A stretch of DNA of 32,000 nt from Methanothermobacter thermautotrophicus str. Delta H (GTDB lineage Archaea > Methanobacteriota > Methanobacteria > Methanobacteriales > Methanothermobacteraceae): positions 300,001 through 332,000 of the forward strand of contig NC_000916.1 of the NCBI RefSeq assembly GCF_000008645.1, given 5' to 3'. The position numbers were made by a program, and so were the translations under genes. The first letter of the stretch is position 1. Every line of letters begins with the position of its first letter. This document shows, in pieces, positions 7,498 to 14,587 of this stretch. The notes under the pieces were generated by a model, which made no database searches, was not told the DNA's origin, and saw nothing but the letters and a program-made list of their open reading frames with translations.

Positions 7498-8607
7498 ATG
7501 TCATTGCATGATTCATTCGTCAGGTTTCTGCTGAATTCATGGATTGGAAGAGCCCTTAACCTTATCATGGTTGCCATAAATCGTCTTGTACCCAAGAGGG
7601 ACAATCAGATACTCTTTGAAAGCATACCAGATTTTTCAGATAACCCTTCCCAGCTTTACAGTTACATTAAATCCCTTGGAACAGATTACAGGATGATATG
7701 GGTGGTTGACAGTATCAGGGATGACCTCGACGCCCCACAGTATCTGAGGAACACTCCATCAGAATTCTGGCAGTTCCTGAGGTCAAGGTACATAGTCAGC
7801 TCCCACGGCTATCACCTCATGATAAGGGCGGGTAATCAGGTCTACCTCAACCTCTGGCATGGGATGCCCCTGAAGGCAATGGGCTACACAGAAAGGGAGC
7901 CATCCATACTGCTCCCGGGGGTATGTGATGAGAACTACTACCTCATCGCAACTTCCACCATAATGAGGAATGCCCTGGCGGCCTGCTTCAACCAGGACGC
8001 CCGCAGGATACACATAACAGGTCAGCCAAGGAACGATAAACTCCTCACAGAGGGCAGAACCATGGATGATTCCAGGACCATAATCCTGTACACACCAACC
8101 TACCGGGATACCGGGAGGGACGAGTCCATATTCAGCATGCCGGACTACAGTGAGGAGAAATTTCAGGACTTTCTCAGGGAACATGACGCAGTCTTCCTCA
8201 TGAAGCTTCACCCACTCGATTCAGGGATCAGGCAGAGGTCCGGGGGTAATATCAGGGCCCTTGACCCGTCAGAGGATCTCTACGACATCCTCCAGGGGGT
8301 TGATGTCCTTGTAACCGATTACTCATCGGTCTACTTTGACTTTCTGCTCCTTGACAGGCCTGTGATCTTTGCAGTCCCTGACCTGGAGGAGTACCGGAGG
8401 GTCAGGGGTTTTGTCCTGGAGCCCTTCGAGTTCTGGGCCCCGGGTCCCCGTGTTGAAACCTTCACGGATTTCCTGGAGGAACTTGAAAGGTGTCTTGAGG
8501 ACGATGACTATTACAGGAGGGAGAGGAGGATCGTGAACAGCCTCGTGAACCAGCACCAGGACGCGGGGTCATCCAGGAGAGTCTATGAACTGGTCTGGGG
8601 TGATTGA
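7498..8607 (+). CDS. TagF/TagB-family CDP-glycerol:glycerophosphate glycerophosphotransferase-like protein (paralog 1)
   Basis: 369 aa. RBS GGAGGATCA sits 3 nt before the ATG. Motifs YLNLWHGMPLKAMGY, IHITGQPRNDKL, ILYTPTYR, VLVTDYSSVYFDFLLLDRPVIFAVPDLEEY are typical of Glyphos_transf. Confidence 0.8.
   Translation: MSLHDSFVRFLLNSWIGRALNLIMVAINRLVPKRDNQILFESIPDFSDNPSQLYSYIKSLGTDYRMIWVVDSIRDDLDAPQYLRNTPSEFWQFLRSRYIVSSHGYHLMIRAGNQVYLNLWHGMPLKAMGYTEREPSILLPGVCDENYYLIATSTIMRNALAACFNQDARRIHITGQPRNDKLLTEGRTMDDSRTIILYTPTYRDTGRDESIFSMPDYSEEKFQDFLREHDAVFLMKLHPLDSGIRQRSGGNIRALDPSEDLYDILQGVDVLVTDYSSVYFDFLLLDRPVIFAVPDLEEYRRVRGFVLEPFEFWAPGPRVETFTDFLEELERCLEDDDYYRRERRIVNSLVNQHQDAGSSRRVYELVWGD
7927..8043. 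repeat. 117-bp near-identical block shared by the two tagF-like genes, copy 1
   Basis: gatgagaactactacctcatcgcaacttccaccataatgaggaatgcc...gaacgataaactc matches 11512-11628 with 2 mismatches. Confidence 0.9.
8281..8603. repeat. ~320-bp near-identical 3' block of the tagF-like genes, copy 1 (direct repeat)
   Basis: Ungapped alignment to 11935-12254 at a constant offset of 3654 bp, with roughly ten mismatches by eye. Confidence 0.9.
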
Positions 8608-9825
8608 ATGAGGATTGGACTCATATTACCATCCCTTGATGATAGTGGAGTCGCCAGGGCCGCTGCCAGTCTATCATCTCTTCTATCAGAGCACCATGAG
8701 GTGCACGTGATCACAGTTTACAGACATGAACCCCTGCAGGAGTGGAGTGGCAGTTTCCATGTCCTGGACGTCCCCCCTGCCTCTCCAGGGGATGAACTAC
8801 CCCGGAGGCTTGGACTTTTCATAAGGAGGATACTTGCACTGCGACGCATCAAGGCTGAACTTGAACTTGATGTCTCGGTATCCTTCTCAGAGGCCCTCAG
8901 CATACAGAACATATTCACAGCCGGCTCTGACAGACCGGTTGTAAGTCATCACACTGTACTCTCAAGGAATGAGAACCTTGACGATATCTATGGGAGGGGT
9001 GTGAAGGCCCTCGTGAGGCTCACCTATCCCAGGGCGGCTGGAATAATCTGTGTATCCATGGAGTCGGCCACTGACCTCACTGATGCCTACGGTATCGACC
9101 CCCGGCAGGTAGCGGTGATACCAAACCATATAGACGTCGATGCCATTGAGGGGGCTGCTGTTCTACCGGCAAGGTGGAATGATGTGTTCACCGCACCTGT
9201 GATCCTGACCGCTGGAAGGTTGACACATGCCAAGGGCCAGTGGCACCTTATCAGGGTGTTCGCCAGGCTAAAAGAACTCATACCCGACCTCAAACTGGTC
9301 ATAATGGGTGATGGGGACCTGAGGGAGTACCTGCAGGGACTATCAGAGGACCTTGGTCTTAAAACCTTCACCGGTGGCGAGCCAGGTGAATATGACGTTT
9401 ACTTTGCTGGATTCCAGAGGAACCCCTATGGTTTCATGGCACATTCAGACCTCTTTGTCCTGCCATCACTGAGGGAGGCACTCCCGCTTGCCCTGATGGA
9501 GGCCATGGCCCTGGGGACGCCTGTTGCAGCCGCAGACTGTGGGGGTCCAAGGGAGATACTTGCCCCCAGTTCAGATCCATCATTCAAAACCGAGAAGACG
9601 GAATTCGCAGATTACGGGGTCCTTCTACCTCCCTTTGATGGTGAAATGAGGGCTGCAGATGATGAACTGTGCAGGGAGGAAAGGTTATGGGTCGATACAC
9701 TCCACGAGATCATCACAGACAGGAAGGTCCTTGACTCATACTCTGAGCGGGCCAGGGAGAGGGCCTCCAGTTCAGCCCTGATGCCATCAGGAGGAGGTGG
9801 CTTGATTTCCTTGATGCCGTGGTAG
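8608..9825 (+). CDS. GT4-family glycosyltransferase (3' end possibly frameshifted; alternative stop at 9836)
   Basis: 405 aa. The ATG immediately follows the tagF-like stop. GT-B/GT4 motifs ILTAGRLTHAKG, FVLPSLREALPLALMEAMALGTPVAAADCGGPREIL (E-x7-E). Confidence 0.85.
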   Translation: MRIGLILPSLDDSGVARAAASLSSLLSEHHEVHVITVYRHEPLQEWSGSFHVLDVPPASPGDELPRRLGLFIRRILALRRIKAELELDVSVSFSEALSIQNIFTAGSDRPVVSHHTVLSRNENLDDIYGRGVKALVRLTYPRAAGIICVSMESATDLTDAYGIDPRQVAVIPNHIDVDAIEGAAVLPARWNDVFTAPVILTAGRLTHAKGQWHLIRVFARLKELIPDLKLVIMGDGDLREYLQGLSEDLGLKTFTGGEPGEYDVYFAGFQRNPYGFMAHSDLFVLPSLREALPLALMEAMALGTPVAAADCGGPREILAPSSDPSFKTEKTEFADYGVLLPPFDGEMRAADDELCREERLWVDTLHEIITDRKVLDSYSERARERASSSALMPSGGGGLISLMPW

Positions 9826-9856
9826 ATCAGGGATAAAATGTTTGATGGGATGGATA

Positions 9857-10678
9857 TCAGCCTTTGCCGGTGGCGTCGGGGCTCATCCCGGTGACCTCCA
9901 GGATCAGACGCCTCCACTTCTCCCCGATAACCTGGGGGGACCTGGTTTTCAGTACATGGGCCCTCAGGTTCTCACCCCATTCACGAACCAACGAAGGATC
10001 TTCAATAGTTTTTACGAGTTTTTTGATCATGTCTTCTTCGCTTTCTGCTATTATACCATGGACTCCATCCTCGAGTTCCTCGAATTCACTTTTAAACTTG
10101 GCTATTGGGACTGACAGGTAGCCTGCCTCCATTGCAGCATATCCAAGTTCAATCATTTCATATCCAAGGATTATCATGTCTGCTGATTTGAGATAGCATA
10201 AGAAGTCGTCGCGGTAAGCCATCATTTTAATATGGGGATTGTCTGTTTCTACGGGAGTGCCAAAAACTAAAAGTTGAATTTTTCTATCTGTTCTTTTATT
10301 CACCTCTGTAATTATCCTTGAAAGTCTCTCCATCCCTTTAATTAGTGATCCTCCTACACTAACATATGTTACAAGGGTGAAATCGTCAAATGATAAATTT
10401 TTGCAGTTGGCCACTTTCTTGTCTACGTCTGCTGTTATGAAAGCATTTGGTATGACAACACCATTAATTCCATTTTTTTCTAGTTTTATCCTAGCAATTG
10501 CAGTAACACGACTATAAATCAGTGGGATGAATATCAGCCTGTGCAGTATCCAGTTTATTATCCTGAAGATGTAGTGGAAGTTCCCCCTGGGGTTCATCCT
10601 GAGGGCGGTTATTGCCTCATCCATAACCCAGCCATGTACCGTGAGGATTGCGGGCACCCCGCTTCTGCGGATCATCAT
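9857..10678 (-). CDS. GT4-family glycosyltransferase, C-terminal 273-aa fragment of a split gene
   Basis: Begins MMIRRSGVPAILTVHGW, which is the middle of a GT4 N-domain. It overlaps the upstream 75-aa ORF by ATGA. The C-terminus RSPQVIGEKWRRLILEV is typical of GT4 tails. Confidence 0.75.
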   Translation of the reverse strand: MMIRRSGVPAILTVHGWVMDEAITALRMNPRGNFHYIFRIINWILHRLIFIPLIYSRVTAIARIKLEKNGINGVVIPNAFITADVDKKVANCKNLSFDDFTLVTYVSVGGSLIKGMERLSRIITEVNKRTDRKIQLLVFGTPVETDNPHIKMMAYRDDFLCYLKSADMIILGYEMIELGYAAMEAGYLSVPIAKFKSEFEELEDGVHGIIAESEEDMIKKLVKTIEDPSLVREWGENLRAHVLKTRSPQVIGEKWRRLILEVTGMSPDATGKG

Positions 10679-10902
10679 AAGCCCCCGATGATGAGGGGCC
10701 CATGGACGTGTATGAGGTCATAGTCCCTGAGGTTGACCCTGTCAAGTTCTGATGCATGGACTGTTTCGGTGCTGGCTCCAAGCATCCTGTAAACGGTTTC
10801 CTGAGATTTAACAGCCCTCATGACACCACCCCCGGTGGATGGGTCGAAGGGTATTATCATCATTATCTTCATAAACTCCCTCGCTTTCAGTTTCCTGAAC
10901 AA
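10675..10902 (-). CDS. GT4-family glycosyltransferase, N-terminal 75-aa fragment of the same split gene
   Basis: MKIMMIIPFDPSTGGGVMRAV...YDLIHVHGPLIIGGL* is a truncated Glyco_trans_4-like N-terminus. It would fuse in frame to the next ORF if the C5 run at 10682-10686 were one base longer. Confidence 0.65.
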   Translation of the reverse strand: MFRKLKAREFMKIMMIIPFDPSTGGGVMRAVKSQETVYRMLGASTETVHASELDRVNLRDYDLIHVHGPLIIGGL

Positions 10903-11133
10903 AGTGTCTGATTACATGATTTTCCAGGTGTTCCACTGGGGGATCCTATTGTTTCTGCCGGTTAATCTAATTTGTGATGCAAGTTCTTTCCTGCATCCAT
11001 GATCCTCTCATGATCTTATCCTCTGTTCATGATGTTCTTGCGTTTTTTTGTCTGGCAGATGGATGGATCTATATATGGCCTTTGCCATAATGTGATTGAT
11101 CAATCCATGAATGCGAAACTGGAGGCCTGTTTC

Positions 11134-12258
11134 ATGTTAACACGTTTACTCAAGTTTATCAACTGGATTTTACCAAAGGACGATGGGCTGGCTGTATTTG
11201 ACAGTGTACCTGATTTTTCAGGAAACAGCCAGGCTCTGTTTGAATTCATGAGGGACATGGGTGAACCTGAAGCGGTATGGATCGTTGAAGAGCCCCTCGA
11301 CATTGAGGGTGTGAGACAGGAGAGGAGACACTCGCTGAGGGCCCTCCTCACCATTTTACGTGCTGGTTCCCTGGTCTCCACACACGGGAGGATGAGTGAG
11401 ATCCGTGTAAGGCGACAGAAGTATGTTAACCTCTGGCATGGAATGCCCCTGAAGGCCATGGGCTACGCTGAAACCGGCGGAAGGGAGTTTAAGGAACCCG
11501 TAAGGTTCGATGATGAGAACTACTACCTCATCGCAACTTCCACCATAATGAGGAATGCCATGGCGGCATGCTTCAACCAGGACGCCCGCAGGATACACAT
11601 AACAGGTCAGCCAAGGAACGATAAACTCTTCAGATCAGATGGAAGGATCCCTGAGATTACAGGTATTGATACCGGTTCCTACAGCAAGGTGGTGCTCTTC
11701 GCACCAACATTCAGGGCATCAGATTACATAAGTGATGGAAGACTCATATCCCACCACCTCAATCTCCCTGACTTTGATGCCGAGGCCTTCTCAGGGTTCC
11801 TGAAGGAAAAGAACATACTTTTCCTTGTGAAGTTCCATCCACTCGAAGAGGAGGAGGCAAGAAGATTCTTCAGTGAAATGGACAACGTGGTGCTGATAGG
11901 TAGCGATGACCTTGCAGAGAGATACATGGACCTCTATGACGTCCTCCCGGGGGTTGATGTCCTTGTAACCGATTACTCATCGGTCTACTTTGACTTTCTG
12001 CTCCTTGACAGGCCTGTGATCTTTGCTGTCCCTGACCTGGAGGAGTACCGGAGGGTCAGAGGTTTTGTCCTGGAGCCCTTCGAGTTCTGGGCCCCGGGTC
12101 CCCGTGTTGAAACCTTCAGTGATTTCCTGGAGGAACTTGAAAGGTGTCTTGAGGATGATGACTATTACAGGAGAGAGAGGAGGATCGTGAACAGCCTCGT
12201 GAACCAGCAGCAGGATGGGGAGTCATCCAGGAGAGTCTATGAACTGGTCTGGGGATGA
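11134..12258 (+). CDS. TagF/TagB-family CDP-glycerol glycerophosphotransferase-like protein (paralog 2)
   Basis: The track ORF starts at 11029. However, a TATA-like CTATATAT lies at 11069-11076 and GGAGG lies 8 nt before the ATG at 11134, so a start at 11134 is more likely (11107 is an alternative). Motifs YVNLWHGMPLKAMGY, IHITGQPRNDKL, LFAPTFR, VLVTDYSSVYFDFLLLDRPVIF. Confidence 0.8.
   Translation: MLTRLLKFINWILPKDDGLAVFDSVPDFSGNSQALFEFMRDMGEPEAVWIVEEPLDIEGVRQERRHSLRALLTILRAGSLVSTHGRMSEIRVRRQKYVNLWHGMPLKAMGYAETGGREFKEPVRFDDENYYLIATSTIMRNAMAACFNQDARRIHITGQPRNDKLFRSDGRIPEITGIDTGSYSKVVLFAPTFRASDYISDGRLISHHLNLPDFDAEAFSGFLKEKNILFLVKFHPLEEEEARRFFSEMDNVVLIGSDDLAERYMDLYDVLPGVDVLVTDYSSVYFDFLLLDRPVIFAVPDLEEYRRVRGFVLEPFEFWAPGPRVETFSDFLEELERCLEDDDYYRRERRIVNSLVNQQQDGESSRRVYELVWG
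11512..11628. repeat. 117-bp near-identical block, copy 2
   Basis: See 7927-8043. Confidence 0.9.
11935..12254. repeat. ~320-bp near-identical 3' block of the tagF-like genes, copy 2 (direct repeat)
   Basis: See 8281-8603. Confidence 0.9.
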
Positions 12259-12277
12259 AAAATAGGAAATGCATGTA

Positions 12278-12292
12278 ATTTTATTTTTTTAT
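12278..12292 (+). terminator. Oligo-T tract (ATTTTATTTTTTTAT) after tagF-like paralog 2
   Basis: T-rich run about 20 nt downstream of the stop at 12258, in a convergent intergenic region. Archaeal termination commonly uses oligo-T. Confidence 0.5.
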
Positions 12293-12344
12293 AGAGTCTT
12301 GCTGGCACCCCTCCTTTTCTCTGACAGTTCTCTGTGGGAGTCAT

Positions 12345-12731
12345 CTACCAGAGGTCATGTTTTTTGATCCCGTAGACCCTTATTGCCAGGACTATGGTTT
12401 CGGTTATTATCACGAGACATGCAACGATGTATATGTTCATGAATGCCGATACTGCAAGGAGCATTATCAGGTGCACAATTGAACCTATTATCACGCTGCC
12501 GTTGGCGTACCTCTGCTGTCCAAGAACGGCGAGGAAGGGGTAGCCCAGGGAGTATCGAGGGGATTACCACCATGAGGGCCACGGCAAGTAACCTTAGGAC
12601 GTTGACACTTGGCATGTACTGCGGGCCAAAGAGTATTCCTATTATGGTGGGCGCGAAGAGGATTATCCCGCCACAGAGGATGGTGTTGAGGGATGAGGGA
12701 CTAGCGCAGGACCTTCTTGTGGAATGCCCTG
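12345..12731 (-). pseudogene. Out-of-frame 3' remainder of the Wzx-type flippase gene
   Basis: Hand translation: a second frame reads [47 protein letters not shown]. This includes the first ~24 residues of track ORF 12355..12615. The original frame then resumes with [68 protein letters not shown] and stops at 12347..12345. The span 12345-13601 is 1257 nt, i.e. 419 codons. Confidence 0.7.
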
Positions 12732-13601
12732 TTAATGTGTCTTGGCCATATAGGGATATGTTACTGCTATCAGGGGGCTGTAGAGGCCCTGAGCAGCAGT
12801 GTAGAGTTCTTCAGCAGACCGAGTAGTACCCACTGCTGTGTTACCCGCGAATAAACCCAGGAAGAATGAGTTACTGCCGGTGTAGATCGAAACAGAGACC
12901 CTTGACAGGAAGAACTGGGTGCTGTCCCTGAAGGTCTCGTAAACCGTCCTCAGGGGTGGTAGATGGAACCTTACATTGAAGCGGGTCCTTATAATCCACT
13001 GAGAAATCACACCGGCGGTCAGGGTCCCCATGGACTGGAGAAGGGGTACGTAGAGGTAATCGGACGGACGTCTTATGAATATGAATATGGCTGCAAGGAA
13101 TATGAGGTTCGTGAGGACATTAAGGACGGTTATGTACTTCATCCGCTCCATGCCCTGATAGAACCAGGTCGGGAAGATCACATTCCCGATAACAAGTCCA
13201 AATGCAAAGGTATAGACCTGCCAGTTAACCGAGAAACGGGGGATGTTAAGGATGACGAGCAGGAGTATGCAGAAACTCAGGGTTGCAAGGATCCCCTTGA
13301 TTAACATGACGGAACTGAATATCTCGGATACACGGTGCGGGTCCTCCCTGTTCACCGATATCTCCCTCACAGCAGAAAGGTTGAAACCGTAATCGGTGAT
13401 GATGATGAAGTAGGTGTTGAATGCGATGGCAAAGTTCACAAGGCCATAGTTGTAGACACCCAGAACCCTGGTGAGGTACGGGAGGGTGATGAAGGGTATT
13501 ATGTAGACAAGCACCTGGAGGGTTGAAAGTGAGAGGAAGTTCTCGGCGAGAACCCTGTACTCCTCTGACCTGATAAGTCCCATGAGATCCCGGATACTCA
13601 T
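12732..13601 (-). CDS. Wzx/MOP-family polysaccharide flippase, N-terminal 289 codons (gene interrupted)
   Basis: RBS AGGAG upstream. Typical polysaccharide-biosynthesis-protein N-terminus (LAENFLSLSTLQVLVYIIPFITLPYLTRVLGVYNYGLVNFAIAF...). It ends prematurely at ...YPYMAKTH* after about 8 TM helices. Confidence 0.75.
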   Translation of the reverse strand: MSIRDLMGLIRSEEYRVLAENFLSLSTLQVLVYIIPFITLPYLTRVLGVYNYGLVNFAIAFNTYFIIITDYGFNLSAVREISVNREDPHRVSEIFSSVMLIKGILATLSFCILLLVILNIPRFSVNWQVYTFAFGLVIGNVIFPTWFYQGMERMKYITVLNVLTNLIFLAAIFIFIRRPSDYLYVPLLQSMGTLTAGVISQWIIRTRFNVRFHLPPLRTVYETFRDSTQFFLSRVSVSIYTGSNSFFLGLFAGNTAVGTTRSAEELYTAAQGLYSPLIAVTYPYMAKTH

Positions 13602-13621
13602 CGAAATAAACTCCTGATTAC

Positions 13622-14587
13622 CTAAAATTCGGGTCTGGATATCCTCTCCTGGAATTCCCTTATGTAGAGGTTGACGTTTTCAGGTTCCTGCATGGTCTGG
13701 TATACCATTTCAAGGACCGGCAGCTCAAGACCCTCTGTCAGCTCCCTTATGGCCCTTATGGACCTGAGGCTCTCTATGGTTATGGTGGAGTCCTCGCTGA
13801 GTCTCATCTTCTTACCCAGCATGAGCCCCAGGGTGCGGTTACGGCTCTTATCGGTTGTTGATGTGAGGAGAAAGTCTCCAAATCCACAGAACCTGTCATG
13901 GAGTTCACCGTACCCCATCTCATTGAGTATCAGGTTCATCTCCCTGAAGCATAGGGTCAGGAGGGAGTGGCGGTGATTCTCGCCTGTTATCTGTCCGTCG
14001 AGTATACCCATGGCCACGGCGTAGACGTTCTTGAGTATCCCGCAGAATTCAACACCCTCAACGTTCTCTGAGTGGTCGAGGATTATGCGGGGAGACTTCA
14101 GAAGCCCTGCAATTTCCCTCGCATATCTGGTGCTGGCACCCACTGTTATCCCGGACGTCATGCCCCTTATGAGTTCGTCGGCGAAGTTGGGACCGGATAT
14201 GCTGAATACTGTCCTGGACCCTGTTTCCTCCCTTATAACAGAGCTCATGGTTTTGAGGCCTGGGTGCTCTATTCCCTTTATACAGGATACTATCTTCTTA
14301 TCCTCAAGGCTGCTGTTCATTGACCTTACGATGCTCCTGAGGTTCCCTGATGGCACGGCCATGAATACGTACTCGGATTCCTCCAGCACGGAACCGTCCA
14401 TGAGTGTCGCCTCTATGTTATCCCTCAGTTTCACTCCAGGATGATAAGCGCTGTTTTCGCGCGTCCTGTTGATGTTCTCCACAACTTCGGATCTCCGGGC
14501 CATGAGGCGGACCATCTCAGCATTCCATGATAGGACCTGTGCTATCGCTGTTCCGAAGCTCCCTGCTCCAATGACCGTGACCATCAT
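13622..14587 (-). CDS. gpsA: NAD(P)H-dependent sn-glycerol-3-phosphate dehydrogenase
   Basis: 321 aa. N-terminal dinucleotide fold VTVIGAGSFGTAIAQVL, with the length and layout of the GpsA family (...ISGPNFADEL..., KNVYAVAMGI...). The start overlaps the upstream gene stop (ATGA at 14584-14587). Confidence 0.8.
   Translation of the reverse strand: MMVTVIGAGSFGTAIAQVLSWNAEMVRLMARRSEVVENINRTRENSAYHPGVKLRDNIEATLMDGSVLEESEYVFMAVPSGNLRSIVRSMNSSLEDKKIVSCIKGIEHPGLKTMSSVIREETGSRTVFSISGPNFADELIRGMTSGITVGASTRYAREIAGLLKSPRIILDHSENVEGVEFCGILKNVYAVAMGILDGQITGENHRHSLLTLCFREMNLILNEMGYGELHDRFCGFGDFLLTSTTDKSRNRTLGLMLGKKMRLSEDSTITIESLRSIRAIRELTEGLELPVLEMVYQTMQEPENVNLYIREFQERISRPEF

Noticed and set aside
10990-11040. 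Clustered CATGAT(C) motifs (catgatcctct / catgatcttatcctct / catgatgttctt) in the divergent gap before tagF-like paralog 2
   Set aside because: The copies are short and imperfect in an AT/CT-rich intergenic region. I could not distinguish them from chance or from a decayed micro-duplication, so this is too weak to call as a feature.
11029-11133. N-terminal extension of tagF-like paralog 2 (ATG at 11029, MMFLRFFVWQMDGSIYGLCHNVIDQS...)
   Set aside because: A TATA-like CTATATAT at 11069-11076 lies inside the extension, and a GGAGG precedes the ATG at 11134. The extension has no counterpart in paralog 1.
8281-12254. 3.65-kb interval flanked by 320-bp direct repeats, considered as a mobile element
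   Set aside because: The repeats are the homologous 3' ends of two paralogous genes. There is no transposase, integrase, terminal inverted repeat or target-site duplication. It is treated as a recombination-prone paralog arrangement instead.
12355-12615. 86-aa ORF called as a possible independent small gene
   Set aside because: Its first ~24 residues ([21 protein letters not shown]...) are a displaced TM segment of the broken Wzx gene. The rest ([19 protein letters not shown]...) is out-of-frame read-through.
12690-12735. In-frame TAG after HINRAFHKKVLR in a third frame of the Wzx gene, considered as possible pyrrolysine or read-through
   Set aside because: Pyrrolysine decoding is known from Methanosarcinales and a few other lineages, not Methanobacteriales. 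No pyl genes are visible here, and simple gene disruption explains the stop.
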